Assembly: GCF_000143415.4 (NCBI RefSeq)
Contig: NW_003314281.1
Location: forward strand, 1,527,882-1,591,881
Reading direction: 5' to 3'
Length of the DNA: 64,000 nucleotides
Origin: Selaginella moellendorffii
Taxonomy: Eukaryota; Plantae; Lycopodiophyta
Below, piece by piece: positions 60,888 through 64,000 of the stretch. Both the position numbers and the translations under genes were made by a program. Positions within the stretch are counted from its first letter, which is position 1, and the number at the start of each line of letters is the position of its first letter. The notes beneath the pieces were generated by a model, which was not told the DNA's origin, searched no databases, and saw only the letters and a program-made list of their open reading frames with translations.

Positions 60888-62045
60888 GCGGCGGGATTGG
60901 AGGGCCGTACAAGGGGATTCTTCCCTGTGGCCCAAACGTGCCCGTGTGACGCCTGGAGCAGTCGGTACCTTTCCTATAAAGCCACAAGAGAAAAAAACCC
61001 CCTGTCAAGGTCACTGTGCGTGAACGGGCCAACCCGATACATTGCTCCCGCAGAGGGCATACCAATGATCCACTCCATCGGTCCGTAGAACCTCTCGTCC
61101 AATCTCTTTACCTTGGAGTAGAGATCCCGCCAAGCGTCAACCATCTCAATCTTCTCACGCTTTGTGCTCAACCTCAAAAGCCAGCACCCGGTTGTAAACC
61201 CATAGCTGAAGATCTGGCCTCTTTGGCTTGGCCGTAGTTCTTGATCTATCCATAACGTTCGATCGCTCGTCTCGAAGCCTTTAAACACAAGAAAACCATG
61301 GAATCAATCGAGAAAAGAATTAGAAAAACTATGGAATCAATCGAGAAACGAATGAGTTTTTCTTGTTGGTGATGACATCACAGACAACGTTGTAAGCGTT
61401 TGCGTAGGAGAACATCGATCCGGGGAGTTTGGAGTTGAGTTCCAGGATGAGATCTCCCAGAGCCGAGTTGTAGTCCAGTGCAAGCTTGTTGGCACTCGGA
61501 ACACAGTTCCCATCTCTCCGGAGATTGAGCGTGAGCTGATATGGGATGCAGCCGATGGGTCCAACTCCCGTGACAATGATCCTGCGAGCACCCAAGTTGT
61601 AAAGCGTCTGGAAAGCAGCAACTTTTAGATGATCACGAGAACTTTACATGGACTTAACTGTGAGTTGCTGCCTGGAAGGCGTGCGGCGTGAGGAAAGAGT
61701 CCTAGGTGAGAGGAACGGGCAAGAGATAGTCATTGGCACCGATGGTGACGCAAAAAATGGATTTTACGAGGTACTGGTGGGCAGACTCCTCACGAAACAT
61801 GGACTTGAGCTTGCGCGTGGTGTTTTGGAAGTAGAGAAGTTGCTTTGACAACGACAATCTTCCAATCTAGATCACAAGAGCAAATCACAAACTATGAGGA
61901 AAAAACTTGGAAAAACTCACGAAGATCCTTCCGGTCTCCACGATTCCTCCACGCATAGTTCACACCTTTGGGTGCTACATACGGTGGAGCATATCGAATT
62001 CCAAAACTCTGGCCTGGCAAAACGAATTAATTGACAGAAAATGTC
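60888..62045 (-). pseudogene. Second GDSL pseudogene, inverted; part of exon 5 re-inverted
   Basis: 61259-62045 is the reverse complement of GDSL exons 2-5a with deletions; exon 5b (GIGGPYKGILPCGPNVPV) lies on the plus strand at 60888-60947. Confidence 0.9.
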
Positions 62046-62302
62046 TCAAGAGCGCTGAGTTTTTGTTGCCTGCATGCAAATTCCACATTAGGGCAAATGA
62101 ATGTTGAGACTCACCAAACAAGCAGTAAGAAAGCACACTTTGTTTTCCTTCTGTCATGGCATGGTATTATTGAAAACATTCAACTAACTCAAAATTATGC
62201 GTAAGTGCAACGGGATACAACCCTCCAGATCACAACGCGTCCCTGTTCGCCCTGCGTCTGCGCGAGGTAATCATCCTAGCTGGGCACTTCAATCCAACAT
62301 AA

Positions 62303-63094
62303 TCAGCCTTTGGCGAGCTTCTGCAGTAGAGAGTAAGGCCCATTAAACACGTTCTGATCGCCAGGAAACGTTCCCGAGTCGGCGTACTGCCAAAACGTAT
62401 ATACTTTCCAGTTGTAAGGATAAGTGGTCACCATGGGACAATAACAAGCGAGCCAAAATGGGCAGACACTGCTAAAGTCCCCATAAGTCCCCACGCATGT
62501 GTTATACCAGTCCGCAGTGCTGTAAATCACTGGATAAACTCCAGTTCCTTGCTTGGAAGTGTTCACAAAGTCCTGGATCCACTTCCTCATCTCTGGCTTT
62601 CCAAGGTTGTAACATGTTTGCAGTGGATTACAAGAGTTTCCACAAGATGGATTGTACTCAATATCCAAAGCTCCAGGAAGTGTTTGCCCATCTGAAGACC
62701 ACCGACCTCCATTTGTGAGGAAGTACATCGCCTGAGTAGCACCATTAGATATGTCCGGACGGCCAAAGTGATATGCTCCACGGATGAAACCTGCACGGTA
62801 AGAACCAACATACTGCTGTGAAAAATATGGGTTTGGGTATCCCGTTCCTTCGGTGCCCTTGATGTATGCGAACCTTGCAACGTTGTTGTAGGCACTCGGC
62901 CAGTCAACATTACCTTGGTAGCTACTTACATCCATACCTGGAACTCCAGATCTAGCTTGGAGGAGAGTGCGACCTGCTGTCAAGCCATGACATTCGTGAG
63001 TGTACAAATCTGAAGTGTTGAGTGAGAATGATTGAGCTGGGATCGAGAGAAAAGATAAAAGGAGAAACGGAAAGATCAAGCAATGAAACACCAT
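62303..63094 (-). CDS. GH25 muramidase, copy 2 (inverted)
   Basis: Intact 263-aa ORF close to copy 1; catalytic GMDVS and DIE retained. Confidence 0.93.
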   Translation of the reverse strand: MVFHCLIFPFLLLSFLSIPAQSFSLNTSDLYTHECHGLTAGRTLLQARSGVPGMDVSSYQGNVDWPSAYNNVARFAYIKGTEGTGYPNPYFSQQYVGSYRAGFIRGAYHFGRPDISNGATQAMYFLTNGGRWSSDGQTLPGALDIEYNPSCGNSCNPLQTCYNLGKPEMRKWIQDFVNTSKQGTGVYPVIYSTADWYNTCVGTYGDFSSVCPFWLACYCPMVTTYPYNWKVYTFWQYADSGTFPGDQNVFNGPYSLLQKLAKG

Positions 63095-64000
63095 AGCTTG
63101 AACTTGGAGACCTTGGAACTTAATTTCTGCCTAGCTTGAAGTCTTCAAGCCATGCTGTTTTAAAGAGATTGCAGCTTAATCTTGATTACATTGTAGCACT
63201 GACTTTCGGATTTCTGGCCGTTTCTCCAGAAAAAAATATAAACAAAATAAAAAATGGAAGAAGATATCAACCTGAAGTTAGATTGAGGTGTTTTCTGAGT
63301 TTGAGATAAGATTCAACTGAGTTTAGTGTTGTCCAAATCCAAAAGTCTAATGCATTGCATGCACTAGTATATAGCCTCAAGGTTACTTGTACATATGAAA
63401 AATCATATGTGGGATTCCATAAAAATTCTAAGTTGGATTTCCTAAATTGAAAAATTCCCACTTTCAAGGATGATGTACCTCCTGTTAAAACTTATTTTAA
63501 TTTGGAATGTGGAGGCCCACGTGGCAAGAGAAAAAAGATAGAGAGGGGCACACCCAAGAAAATTCATAAATATGAAGCCCATGAACAAAAAAAAGTCATG
63601 GGGGCATTTTGGAGGTAGTGTTGAGAATGTGATTGTGAGCATTAAAAAGTTATATGTTAGTGAGTCTTTTCAGATATTTTTCTCTTATTACTATGATGAC
63701 AAGAGATTAATATTGTTAAACCTTTTATCAGTCCCTTTTATATAAGTGTTAGTAAATTAGACTTACAATGGTGTTATATGTGGGGGACTTGGAGAAAGTT
63801 TTAAGTCCTCTCATATTATATATAGCCTTTTTGGGCAATTAGGGCCCAAAATTCATCTGGGTTGACTCAGGACAAGCCTCAATTCCAGGCTTAGGATTGA
63901 CTTGGGACAACCTAAAATAAAGTTTTTAGGTCTGGTGGGAAATGAGGAAATGCTACAGCCAATGCACCCAAGAAAATTCACAAAAGATGGAATCACTACA

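Noticed and set aside
54234-63094. GH25 genes as bacterial contamination
   Set aside because: Contiguous and co-duplicated with intron-containing plant GDSL pseudogenes; composition resembles neighbouring host sequence.
1-64000. tRNA, rRNA, CRISPR array or intact transposon
   Set aside because: None recognisable by eye; the short repeats at 38059, 61290-61350 and 63548/63963 are not spacer arrays.

Overview
Gene-dense nuclear DNA from a non-seed land plant, most likely the lycophyte Selaginella (inferred from 50-70 bp introns, many intronless PLS-class PPR genes with runs of short repeats, flagellar genes and a GH25 lysozyme). Recognisable genes in order: 3' part of FZL, a CrRLK1L kinase with a local double frameshift, two copies of a 103-aa MGxxxSK orphan, six intact DYW-less PPR genes scattered through the window, RPN1, an RSP2-like Dpy-30/GAF protein, an uncharacterised type II membrane protein, an HIBCH-like gene with candidate mutually exclusive exons, a CYP74, an algal-type PTOX head-to-head with a CysI-to-Ser AOX (226 bp between ATGs), a GDSL lipase, SEH1, SR45a, CFAP144/FAM183, and two inverted GH25 muramidase copies with GDSL pseudogenes. 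Two patterns stand out. First, the plastid and mitochondrial diiron quinol oxidases appear to share one bidirectional promoter. Second, local duplications repeatedly flank AT-rich islands, and in two cases a very tight divergent gene pair was duplicated and each copy kept one gene plus a remnant of its partner. All homology calls are by eye; no searches were run, and exon boundaries and repeat ends are approximate.
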